From Pseudomonas aeruginosa (GTDB lineage Bacteria; Pseudomonadota; Gammaproteobacteria; Pseudomonadales; Pseudomonadaceae), in NCBI RefSeq assembly GCF_001457615.1, contig NZ_LN831024.1, positions 3,180,001-3,212,000 on the forward strand: a stretch of 32,000 nt of DNA. Direction: 5' to 3'. This document shows, in pieces, positions 1 through 9,753 of this stretch. The translations under genes and the position numbers were made by a program. How positions within the stretch are numbered: position 1 is the stretch's first letter; every line of letters starts with the position of its first letter. A model generated the notes under the pieces. It did not search any database and was not told the origin of the DNA. It saw nothing but the letters and a program-made list of their open reading frames with translations.

Positions 1-842
1 GCGTGGATGTCCTCCTCGAAGCGCGCGCCGGCCGGCAGCGGGCCCGAGGCGCCGTCGACCCGCAACGACGAGGGATGCCATTCCGGCCAGAGTGCCGGGC
101 TGGCGGCGTAGGCGAGGGTCGCCTCGGGCCCGCGGGCGATCTCGATTCGGTGCTGCATGCGGGTCATGGCGCGCTCCTCGGCGGGTTCCGCTTCCCAGTG
201 GAGGGTGCCGTAGCACCAGTCCATCAACGGGAAGACCAGGTTGAAGTTGTGCGTCTGCATCAGCTCGCGACGGTGATGCAGTTCGTGCAGGCGGCGCATG
301 TGGCGGATCCACGGCAGACGGCTGAGCGGATGCTCCGGCGGCAGGTGTTCGCAGGCGTGGAAGATCTCGTAGCTGAGGTAGCCCAGCAGCAGGGTCGCGG
401 CGAACAGCGCGGCGAGGTTGTCGTTCAGCAGGCCGAGCAGGCTCCAGGCGAGCAGCGCGCCGAGGCTGAAGACCACCACCAGCCAGGCCGGGAACAGGAT
501 CACCCGCCAGTCGCGTGCCTGTTCGTAGCGCATCTGGCCGGCGACGAAGAAGCTGTGGTGGTCGCCGGTATGGCGCTTGTAGAACATCCGCCCCAGCGGG
601 TGCTTGTGGTGGCCGAGGGACTTGTGGATGCGGTACTCGCCCCAGTTGAAGAACACCAGCGCGGCCGGCACCGTCAGCCATTCCAGCAGGCTCGGCTGCT
701 CGAGCCGGGAGAGGAAGAAGACGATCCAGGCGCCGCCGTAGGCGAGGACGAAGCCGGCGTGCAGCCAGGGGTTGTAGCCGGGCCGGATGGCCGCGCGGTA
801 CTGCTGGCGAAAGGGTTGGGGATCGAAGGACATGGTCGGCAT
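1..842 (-). CDS. Fatty acid hydroxylase/sterol desaturase-family membrane protein fused to a C-terminal SRPBCC-like domain (truncated by window edge)
   Basis: Reverse-strand translation starting at 842 reads MPTMSFDPQPFRQQYRAAIRPGYNPWLHAGF... with histidine clusters (HKSLGHHKH, HHSFF, HACEHL, HELHHR), then HRIEIARGPEATLAYAASPALWPEWHPSSLRV (SRPBCC-like). The frame is open to the left window edge. Confidence 0.8.
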   Translation of the reverse strand, partial: MPTMSFDPQPFRQQYRAAIRPGYNPWLHAGFVLAYGGAWIVFFLSRLEQPSLLEWLTVPAALVFFNWGEYRIHKSLGHHKHPLGRMFYKRHTGDHHSFFVAGQMRYEQARDWRVILFPAWLVVVFSLGALLAWSLLGLLNDNLAALFAATLLLGYLSYEIFHACEHLPPEHPLSRLPWIRHMRRLHELHHRRELMQTHNFNLVFPLMDWCYGTLHWEAEPAEERAMTRMQHRIEIARGPEATLAYAASPALWPEWHPSSLRVDGASGPLPAGARFEEDIH

Positions 843-930
843 CTCGCGTGTGATTGTTATTGGCTGGGCCGCGAACCGGGCCGATCCGCCGGGGCGGAAG
901 GGCTTGCATTCGAGTGTAGCGATGCCAGTC

Positions 931-949
931 TTATCAGGGTAATGGATAA
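931..949. promoter_or_regulatory. Candidate LysR-type operator (TTATC-N9-GATAA, T-N11-A form)
   Basis: ttatcagggtaatggataa: TTATC (931-935) and GATAA (945-949) separated by 9 nt, in the gap between divergent genes (842 minus and 968 plus). Confidence 0.5.
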
Positions 950-967
950 ATAGAATGAGGATTATTC

Positions 968-1873
968 ATGAAGCTGAACTTGCAGCAGCTCGACCTCAAC
1001 CTGCTTCTGGTCTTCGATGCCCTGATGCGCGAACGCAACCTGTCGCGCGCGGCGATCCGCCTGCATCGCAGCCAGCCGGCGGTGAGCAACGCCCTCGCCC
1101 GCCTGCGCGAGCAGCTCGACCAGCCGCTGTTCCGGCGCACCGCCAAGGGCCTGGAACCCACCGCCGCCGCCCTCGCCCTGTACGTGCCGGTGCGCCAGGC
1201 CCTGCATCTGCTGCAGGCCGGCCTTGGCTCCCAGGAAACCTTCGATCCGCACACTGCGCGGACCTTTCGCCTGACGATGAACGACTATGCCCAGTTGCGC
1301 CTGCTGCCGGGCCTGGTGACCCGCCTGAAGACCCTGGCCCCGCGGGTGACGCTGGAGGTACGTCCCGACGAAGGCGCCTCGATCCCGGCGCAACTGGCCA
1401 GCGGCGAACTCGACCTGGCGATCGACTACCTGTACTTCGACGAGCCCGAGCTGGCCTACCGGCCGGTCGGCGAGGAACGCCTGGTGGTGATCGCCCGGCA
1501 GGGCCATCCGGCCTTCCGCGGCGGCCTCGACCGCGCGGCCTACGAGGCCGCGCAGCACGTCTCGATCCTGCCGCGGGTCGGGCGCGGCAGTCCGCTGGAG
1601 ATCGTCCTCGGCTCGGCCAGGGTACAGCGCCAGGTGCAATTGCTGGTGCCTCACTACCTGACCATCCCGGCCATCGTCGCCAGCACCGAGCTGCTCGGCA
1701 CCGTGCCGCGCCGCCTGGCCGAGCGTTTCGCCGGCAGCCATGGTCTGCAACTGGCGGACGTCCCCTTCGAGATGGCCCCGGTGCAGGTCAACCTGATCTG
1801 GCATCGCCAGCAGGAAGCGACGCCCGGCCTGCAATGGCTGCGCGAGCAGATCGTGCAGATCGAACAGGGCTGA
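968..1873 (+). CDS. LysR-family transcriptional regulator
   Basis: MKLNLQQLDLNLLLVFDALMRERNLSRAAIRLHRSQPAVSNALARLREQLDQPLFRR: classic LysR N-terminal HTH. Confidence 0.93.
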   Translation: MKLNLQQLDLNLLLVFDALMRERNLSRAAIRLHRSQPAVSNALARLREQLDQPLFRRTAKGLEPTAAALALYVPVRQALHLLQAGLGSQETFDPHTARTFRLTMNDYAQLRLLPGLVTRLKTLAPRVTLEVRPDEGASIPAQLASGELDLAIDYLYFDEPELAYRPVGEERLVVIARQGHPAFRGGLDRAAYEAAQHVSILPRVGRGSPLEIVLGSARVQRQVQLLVPHYLTIPAIVASTELLGTVPRRLAERFAGSHGLQLADVPFEMAPVQVNLIWHRQQEATPGLQWLREQIVQIEQG

Positions 1874-2020
1874 GTCGCAGGTTGCGCGCCAGGATCAGTC
1901 TTCCGTCACTTTCGATCATTGAGCGAGGCCTTTCCCGCGACCTATGGTGAGGCTGCGCCCCGCTGCCGGCCCCAGGCCGCCCCGGGGATACAGTCCAGCA
2001 CCCGCCAGAGGAGCCACCGT

Positions 2021-2449
2021 ATGACCAGCCTGCCGCTCGAAGCCAACGCCGCCGCCACCCTCGCCGAATGGCACGGGCTGATCGCCCGCCGCGACCTCTC
2101 CGGGTTGCCGCGCCTGCTGCACCCCGACGCCGTGTTCCGCTCGCCGATGGCGCACAAGCCGTATGCCGGCGCACCGGTGGTCTCGATGATCCTGAATACC
2201 GTGCTCACGGTCTTCGAGGATTTCGCCTATCACCGCCAGTTGGCCAGCGCCGACGGCCGCAGCGTGGTGCTGGAATTCAGCGCACGGGTCGGCGAACGCG
2301 AACTGAAAGGCATCGACATGATCCGCTTCGACGACGACGGCCGGATCGTCGACTTCGAAGTGATGGTCCGTCCCATGAGCGGCCTCCAGGCCCTCGGCGA
2401 GGAGATGGGCCGGCGCCTGGCCTCCTATCTGGCCGCGAGCAAGGCCTGA
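2021..2449 (+). CDS. SnoaL/NTF2-like small protein
   Basis: MTSLPLEANAAATLAEWHGLIARRDLSGLPRLLHPDAVFRSPMAHKPY...; RBS-like gagg precedes the ATG at 2021. Typical NTF2-like fold pattern. Confidence 0.75.
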   Translation: MTSLPLEANAAATLAEWHGLIARRDLSGLPRLLHPDAVFRSPMAHKPYAGAPVVSMILNTVLTVFEDFAYHRQLASADGRSVVLEFSARVGERELKGIDMIRFDDDGRIVDFEVMVRPMSGLQALGEEMGRRLASYLAASKA

Positions 2450-2465
2450 GGCGGAGGAACCTGCC

Positions 2466-3578
2466 ATGACCCGCATCACCGAAGTCGTGGTCGAGCGTCG
2501 CCAGCTCACCACCGCCGCCCTGCGTACGCGCAACCTGCCCGCCCCGGAGGCGCTGGCGGAAGGCCAGGCGCTGCTGGCGGTCGGCGAGTTCGCCCTGACC
2601 GCCAACAACGTCACCTATGCCGCCCTCGGCGATGCCCTGCGCTACTGGGAGTTCTTCCCGGCCGGCGAGGGGCTGGGCATCGTCCCGGTCTGGGGCTTCG
2701 CCGAGGTGCTTGCCTCGCGCTGCCCGGGGGTCGAACCGGGCGAGCGCTTCTATGGCTACTATCCGATGGCCAGCCACCTGCTGGTCGCGCCGGCGCAGGT
2801 CCGCGGCAGCGGCTTCGTCGACGCCAGCGAGCACCGCCGGAACCTCCCGTCGGTCTACAACCAGTACCTGCGCTGCAGCAGCGACCCGCTCTACCGGGCC
2901 TCCGACGAGGCCCTGCAGATGCTCCTGCGGCCGCTGTTCACCACCTCGTTCCTGCTCGACGACTTCCTCGCCGAGCATGCCTTCTTCGGCGCCACCGACC
3001 TGCTGCTGAGCAGTGCCTCGAGCAAGACCGCCATCGGCCTGGCCTTCCTCCTCCAGCGCAATCGTGCGCAACGCGGCCAGGACTACCGCATCGTCGGCCT
3101 GACCTCCGCGGGCAACCGCGCCTTCGTCGAAGGCCTGGGCTGCTATGACGAGGTCCTGGCCTACGACCGCCTGGACGCACTGGACGCCAGCGGAGACGCG
3201 TTGAGCGTGGATTTCGCCGGCAACGGCGCCCTGCTCGGCCAGTTGCACCAGCGCCTGGGCGACCGCCTGCGCTACAGTTGCCTGGTCGGCGCCGCCCACT
3301 GGGACCAGCGCGGCGGCCTGCCGAAGGCGCTGCCGGGTCCGACGCCGAAGCTGTTCTTCGCCCCGGCGCAGGCGGAAAAACGCCTCAAGGACTGGGGCGG
3401 CGCGGCGTTCCAGGCGCGCCTGGCGGAAGTCTGGGGCGAGTTCTCGGCCTTCGTCGGCGGCTGGATCCAGGTCCGCCGCGGTGTCGGCGGCAGCGAGGTG
3501 CTGGAGGTCTACCAGGACCTGCTGGCCGGGCGCTCGGCACCGCAACTGGGCTACATCCTTTCCCTCGACGGCGGCTGA
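2466..3578 (+). CDS. DUF2855 family protein
   Basis: 370 aa ORF; MTRITEVVVERRQLTTAALRTRNLPAPEALAEGQALLAVGEFALTANNVTYAALGDALRYWEFFPA is characteristic of DUF2855. Confidence 0.8.
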   Translation: MTRITEVVVERRQLTTAALRTRNLPAPEALAEGQALLAVGEFALTANNVTYAALGDALRYWEFFPAGEGLGIVPVWGFAEVLASRCPGVEPGERFYGYYPMASHLLVAPAQVRGSGFVDASEHRRNLPSVYNQYLRCSSDPLYRASDEALQMLLRPLFTTSFLLDDFLAEHAFFGATDLLLSSASSKTAIGLAFLLQRNRAQRGQDYRIVGLTSAGNRAFVEGLGCYDEVLAYDRLDALDASGDALSVDFAGNGALLGQLHQRLGDRLRYSCLVGAAHWDQRGGLPKALPGPTPKLFFAPAQAEKRLKDWGGAAFQARLAEVWGEFSAFVGGWIQVRRGVGGSEVLEVYQDLLAGRSAPQLGYILSLDGG

Positions 3579-3587
3579 GGCCGCCGT
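3568..3587 (+). terminator. Hairpin over the stop codon of the DUF2855 gene (possible terminator)
   Basis: ACGGCGGC-TGAG-GCCGCCGT: perfect 8-bp arms with the TGA stop in the loop, followed only by ttctat (weak U-tract). Confidence 0.4.
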
Positions 3588-3703
3588 TCTATACTGCTGG
3601 ACGGAGGTGGCGAACCCGTCGCGAACGACGAAGCGGGTTCCACCCATGGCGTCGGCGGCGCCCTTGCGCCGTCGCTTCGCGGGGGGATGGAGAGATACCG
3701 TCC

Positions 3704-3946
3704 ATGAACCGAGCCAAGCTCTACCTCTGCTGCGTTGCACTACTGCTGGTGCCGGCCATCGCCGGTGCGGCGACTGCCGACTACGTCTACGGCATGCCGC
3801 TGGACGTGGCCAGGGTGCTGAGCGTCGACGAGGCGCCCAGCGATACCTGCCAGGTGGTGCGCGCCACCCTGGTGTACCTGGACTCCCACGGCGAGCGCCA
3901 GGTGTTGCACTACCTGAAGCAGGCGCGTGCGTGCAGCGACGAATGA
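3704..3946 (+). CDS. Small secreted DUF2790-like protein
   Basis: MNRAKLYLCCVALLLVPAIAGAATADYVYGMPLDVARVLSVDEAPSDTCQVVRATLVYLDSHGERQVLHYLKQARACSDE: signal peptide plus DUF2790-like core common in P. aeruginosa. Confidence 0.65.
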   Translation: MNRAKLYLCCVALLLVPAIAGAATADYVYGMPLDVARVLSVDEAPSDTCQVVRATLVYLDSHGERQVLHYLKQARACSDE

Positions 3947-4055
3947 AACGACGGAGGAAAGGACGAACGGTCAGGGTTGTCGTTTCATTTCACGAAATTT
4001 TCACCGCTGACATGGATACTGGAACCAGCTGAAGGACCAGCGCCCCATTGCATAG

Positions 4056-4079
4056 AGCCCACCATCGAGTGGGCTTTTT
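4056..4079 (+). terminator. Rho-independent terminator
   Basis: AGCCCAC-catcga-GTGGGCT followed by TTTT; 7-bp perfect stem. Confidence 0.75.
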
Positions 4080-4112
4080 GCATTCCGGGCCGCGTATCGC
4101 CTGGCCTTGGGC

Positions 4113-5189
<1,077 letters not shown>

Positions 5190-5235
5190 GGCGTTTCCCC
5201 TGTGGGAGCGGATGATGCCCGCAGACTAATTCGCC

Positions 5236-5271
5236 ATTCAAGCGCAAGAACTCCGGTTCTTGCGCTTGAAT
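5236..5271. promoter_or_regulatory. Perfect inverted repeat carrying Ada-box-like AAGCGCAAGA in both orientations
   Basis: ATTCAAGCGCAAGAAC-TCCG-GTTCTTGCGCTTGAAT: 16-bp perfect arms, 4-nt spacer, 47 bp upstream of the ada start codon. Confidence 0.7.
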
Positions 5272-5320
5272 TCGAGCAAGGCCATGTGCCCGGCTTCGGC
5301 AGGTGCGGAAGGCCGTCGGC

Positions 5321-5348
5321 TTGCCTACCCATCGCCAGGCGCCATAAT
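5321..5348 (+). promoter_or_regulatory. Candidate sigma-70-type promoter for the 5381 gene
   Basis: TTGCCT (5321-5326) - 16 nt - CATAAT (5343-5348). Confidence 0.35.
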
Positions 5349-5380
5349 GGCCCGCTCGAACCGGCGGAAGGATTGGGAAC

Positions 5381-6361
5381 ATGGCGTTCAAACGGATAGC
5401 ACTGGCCTACTGCGTGCAACTGGATCGGGTGATCTCCATCGCCAGCGCCAGCCGCGAATACTTCTCCCAGGCCGAGCCGCGCAAACGCTTCGATTTCCTC
5501 TGCTCCAGCGAAGGGTGCCGGGCACAGGGGATCAAGGTATCGGCGAGCAACTACGACAAGCTGCCGCAGGACACCCGCAAGGCCGCGCACTTCAGCAAGT
5601 TCCCGCACTCCACCCATCTGTCGGATTGCGAATGGTTCGTCGAGGAGGACGAGGACGCTCTGCGCCCGGGCGAGTCCGCCGAGGATGCCGGCCAGCGGCG
5701 CATCCGCGACAAGCTGGATGCCTACGTCGAGGAGTTCGACCCGGCCATTGCCGAGGAGGCCGCGCCGCCGCAAGCGGACCCGGACACCGAGGAACACCCG
5801 CCGGCCTCCGCCGCAGTGCGCACCGACGCTCCCGCCGCGCCTCGGCAGAGAACGCAACGGCCACGGCGCACCCGCGATTTCGAACTGCTCGTCGACACCT
5901 TCCGCCAGGCCCGCGCCGAGCTGCCGGCGGAAGAGTTCAAGCAACTGGACATCCGCATCAGCGGCCTCGGCCGGATACCGCTGCGCGCCTATTTCCAGCA
6001 CATCGGCTATGCCACCCCGGGCAGCGCCGGCAAGGTATTCTACGGCGGCGCCGACCTGGTCCGGCGCTACGGTGCGCCGAGCCGGCCGCAGGGCTTCCGC
6101 TTCAAGTTCCGCGACCGCATCGACGGCAAGCCGGTATTCCTCTACGTCGCTCCGGAAACCTTGCAGGGCTATCCGCATCGGCGCTACCTCGAAGACATCC
6201 TCGGTTGCGCCGAAACGGTGCGCTACTTCACCCTCTACGCCCTCGGGCGGCTCATCGAAGCGCCGAGCGGCAAGAGCTACAGCCTGGAGCCGGATGCCCT
6301 GCGCCACCTGGCGATCATCCCCGGTCCGGCGAAGGACGACGCCCCTCAGAGCTCGTCGTAG
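5381..6361 (+). CDS. Hypothetical protein with a CoiA-like zinc-knuckle N-terminus
   Basis: 326 aa ORF from [23 protein letters not shown]; contains [21 protein letters not shown]...[19 protein letters not shown] (Cys/His knuckle). Confidence 0.7.
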
Positions 6362-7143
6362 AGTCGGTCGCTGACCAGCATGTGCCCCGGCGCGTGACTG
6401 ATGTACAGCTCCGGCTGAACCTCGGCGAGCACCGCCTGGGGCGTGACCCCGCAGGCCCAGAACAGCGGGATCTCGTCCGCCGCGAGGGGCACCGGGTCGC
6501 CGTAGTCGGGCCGCGCCAGGTCGCGGATGCCGATCAGCGCCGGATCGCCCAGGTGCAGCGGTGCGCCATGGGTCATAGGGAAGCGGCTGGTGACCTGGAT
6601 CGCCCGGATCGCCTCGGCGGCCTTCAACGGCCGCATCGATACCACCGTGGGCCCGGCCAGGCGACCGCTCGGCCGGGTAGCGATGGAGCTGCGGTACATC
6701 GCCACGTTGCGCCCCAGCTCGAGGTGGCGCAGGCCGATGCCGGCGTCGAGCAACGCCTGTTCGAAGGAGAACGAGCAGCCGATGGCGAAGGCGACGAAAT
6801 CCGCTTCCCAGAAGGTGCCGATGTCGCTCACCTCGACGGGCTCCTGACCGCGTCGATGCACCCTGTAGCGCGGCAGGTCGCTGCGCACGTCGATATCCGC
6901 GCCGAGCCTGGCGAAGTGCGGCGAGCCGGGTTCGCTGACGTCGAGCAGCGGGCAGGCCCGGGGGTTCAGGGCACAGAAGCGAAGGAACTCGTCGGCCCAG
7001 GATTTCTGCAGGATCACCAGGTTGGCCTGCAAGTGGCGCTGGCCGAGGCCGCTGGTATGGCCGGTGTAGTCGCCGCGGCGGATCAGTTGGCGCAGGACCG
7101 GCGGCGGCAGTTGCGCGAGTTCGTGGAAGGTCGGTTCGGGCAT
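6346..7143 (-). CDS. Putative hydro-lyase, DUF1445 / D-glutamate cyclase-like family
   Basis: [73 protein letters not shown]...FFxxGCSFSFE-type region and [12 protein letters not shown] are typical of DUF1445/YcsI proteins. Confidence 0.85.
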
Positions 7144-7249
7144 GGCGGCTCCGTGCGCTGGCGGACGTCGTTGTTGGCAGGTTTGTAGAAGCGGACGGCG
7201 GTCAGCGTCCAACGAGATTTTTCCGCCGGGGGCGATCGGAAAATCCGAA

Positions 7250-8203
7250 TCAGCGCGAACGCAGCCGCCCCACTCCTTTCTTCAGCGGCGCCAGGAGCAT
7301 GCACTCCGGGCCGACGTTGGCCGCGTAGTCGGCCAGCACCGCCTTGCTCAGCTCCACCACTTCGTCCACCAGTTCCAGGCCGGTGCCGCCGCGCCAGGAC
7401 ACCACCACCGGCAGGTTCGGCGGCGGCGGGCCGAGGCGCAGCAGGGTCAGTTCGCCGCGTTCCAGTTCCTGGCTGACCAGCGCCGGCGGCAAGGCGCCGA
7501 CGCCGAAGCCGTCGCGCAGCAGGCGGGTCATCGCCGCCACCGAGTTCACGCAGTTCAGGCGCGGCGCCGCGACGCCGTTGGCGTGCAGCAGGCCGAGCAC
7601 GTCCTGGTGCGGCCGCGAGTGCTTGGAGAAGGTCACCACCCGCTCCCGCGCCAGGTCCGCCAGCGAGGCGTAGTCGCGGTGGTAGATCGAGCCGGTGGAA
7701 ACGATCCAGCGCAGCGGATAGCTGCCCAGTTCGAGGTTCAGCACCGACTCGTGGCGCAGCGAGTCGGTCTGGAAGATCAGGTCCAGGTAGCCCTTCTGCA
7801 ACTGCTCGGAGAGGTTGCGCGCGGTGTCCGCCATCAGCTCGATCTCCACCGCCGGGAAGGTTTCCGTGACCCTGGCCACCAACGGGCTCAGCCAGGTGTG
7901 GATGACCGTGTCCATGGCGCCGATACGAATCCGTCCCTGGGTGCTGGCGCCGGTGTCGAGCGACTGCTTCAGCGCGTGCATGGTGTCCATCATCCGCTCG
8001 GCGTAGGCCAGTACCTTGTCGCCTTCCGGGGTCAGGGTCACGCCGCGCGAGTCGCGGACGAACAGTTTCACGCCGAGTTCGTCCTCCAGCACGGCGATCC
8101 GGCTGGAAATGGAAGCCTGGGTACTGAACAGCTTCTCCGCGGTGAGGCGGAAGCTCTTCAGGCGCGCGACCCAGACGAAGGTCTCGAGGAATTTCAGGTT
8201 CAT
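7250..8203 (-). CDS. LysR-family transcriptional regulator
   Basis: [61 protein letters not shown]: LysR HTH. Confidence 0.93.
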
Positions 8204-8445
8204 GTGGCGGGTACCGACGGGCAAGGGACACAAGGTGGCGGGAGCGAGCAGCTTCCATGCCAGCGCCCACCTTCCGGCGGCACATGATCGACGCATGACG
8301 GCCTGCTCCGCCATCGAAATTTCTTATCCCCGGCGGCCGCATAAATTAGTTGGACGCTCGCTGGCCAGCCTCGAAGAATGCGACCACCGGGTGCGACGGC
8401 GCCCACCGAATCTTCATAACACCAATAACGACGATCGGTGCCCCC

Positions 8446-9729
8446 ATGGAAAAACACATGACCCTCGACGCCGGCCCGGACGCTTCCCGGGACGGTCATT
8501 TCGGCTGGTATCGCGCCCTCGACAAGCAGGAACGCCGGGCCTTCTGGAGCTGCAAGATCGGCTACGGCCTGGACGGCATGGACACCCAGATGCTCAGCTT
8601 CGTGATCCCTACCCTGATCGCCCTGTGGGGGATCGGCACCGGCGAAGCCGGCTTCATCCACACCATGACCCTGCTCGCCTCCGCCGCCGGCGGCTGGATC
8701 GCCGGGATCCTCTCCGACCGCATCGGCCGGGTGCTGACCCTGCAACTGACGGTGCTCTGGTTCGCCTTCTTCACCTTCCTCTGCGGCCTCGCGCAGAACT
8801 ACGAGCAGCTGCTGGTCGCACGGACCCTGATGGGCTTCGGCTTCGGTGGCGAATGGACCGCCGGCGCGGTACTCATCGGCGAAGTGATCAAGGCCCGCGA
8901 CCGCGGCAAGGCGGTCGGCCTGGTGCAGTCCGGCTGGGCCATCGGCTGGGGCCTCACCGCCATCCTCTACTCGCTGATGTTCAGCCTGCTGCCGCCGGAA
9001 GAGGCCTGGCGCGCGCTGTTCATGCTCGGCCTGTTGCCGGCGCTGTTCGTCCTGGTGGTACGCCGGCTGGTCAAGGAACCGGCGATCTACCGCGAGGCCA
9101 GGCAACGCAACCAGGGCGCCGACAAGGTCAGCTTCTACGAGATCTTCGCCCCCGGGATGCTCAGCATCACCCTGCGCGCCTCGCTGCTGACCACCGGCGC
9201 GCTCGGCGGCTACTACGCCATCACCGCCTGGCTGCCGACCTTCCTCAAGACCGAACGCGGGCTGACCGTGCTCGGCACCAGCGGCTACCTGGCGATGGTG
9301 ATCCTCGGCTCCTACGTCGGCTACGTGGTCAGTGCCTTCCTCACCGACCTGATCGGGCGCAAGAAGAACTTTGTCCTGTTCGCCGTCGGCTCCTTCACCG
9401 TGGTCCTGCTCTACACCCAGTTGCCGGTGAGCAACGGCGCCATGCTCTGGCTCGGTTTCCCGCTCGGCTTCTTCGCCTCGGGCATCTTCAGCGGCATGGG
9501 CTCGTTCCTCACCGAACTGTTCCCAACCCGCATCCGCGGCTCCGGCCAGGGCTTCTGCTACAACGCCGGGCGCGCCATCGCCGCGCTGTTCCCGATGCTG
9601 ATCGGCATGCTCGGCCAGAAGCTCTCGCTGGGCCTGGGGATCGGCGCCTTCGCCGCGGTCTCCTACGGCGTGGTGATCCTCGCCGCCCTCAGCCTGCCGG
9701 AAACCCGCGGCAAGCAACTGGAACTCTGA
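8446..9729 (+). CDS. MFS transporter (organic acid/H+ symporter-like)
   Basis: Polytopic protein from MEKHMTLDAGPDASRDGHFGWYRALDKQERRAFWSCKIGYGLDGMDTQMLSFVIPTLIALWG; GGWIAGILSDRIGRVL motif. Confidence 0.9.
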   Translation: MEKHMTLDAGPDASRDGHFGWYRALDKQERRAFWSCKIGYGLDGMDTQMLSFVIPTLIALWGIGTGEAGFIHTMTLLASAAGGWIAGILSDRIGRVLTLQLTVLWFAFFTFLCGLAQNYEQLLVARTLMGFGFGGEWTAGAVLIGEVIKARDRGKAVGLVQSGWAIGWGLTAILYSLMFSLLPPEEAWRALFMLGLLPALFVLVVRRLVKEPAIYREARQRNQGADKVSFYEIFAPGMLSITLRASLLTTGALGGYYAITAWLPTFLKTERGLTVLGTSGYLAMVILGSYVGYVVSAFLTDLIGRKKNFVLFAVGSFTVVLLYTQLPVSNGAMLWLGFPLGFFASGIFSGMGSFLTELFPTRIRGSGQGFCYNAGRAIAALFPMLIGMLGQKLSLGLGIGAFAAVSYGVVILAALSLPETRGKQLEL

Positions 9730-9753
9730 GCCGTCGACCGAGGAAATCCCAGC

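Noticed and set aside
5260-7188. 642-aa plus-strand ORF
   Set aside because: Runs out of frame through the 5381-6361 gene and antisense to the DUF1445 gene. Low-complexity high-GC artefact.
8324-8344. TTAT-N13-ATAA around a NotI-like GGCGGCCGC as a LysR operator
   Set aside because: Spacing does not fit T-N11-A and the arms are only 4 bp, so chance is likely.
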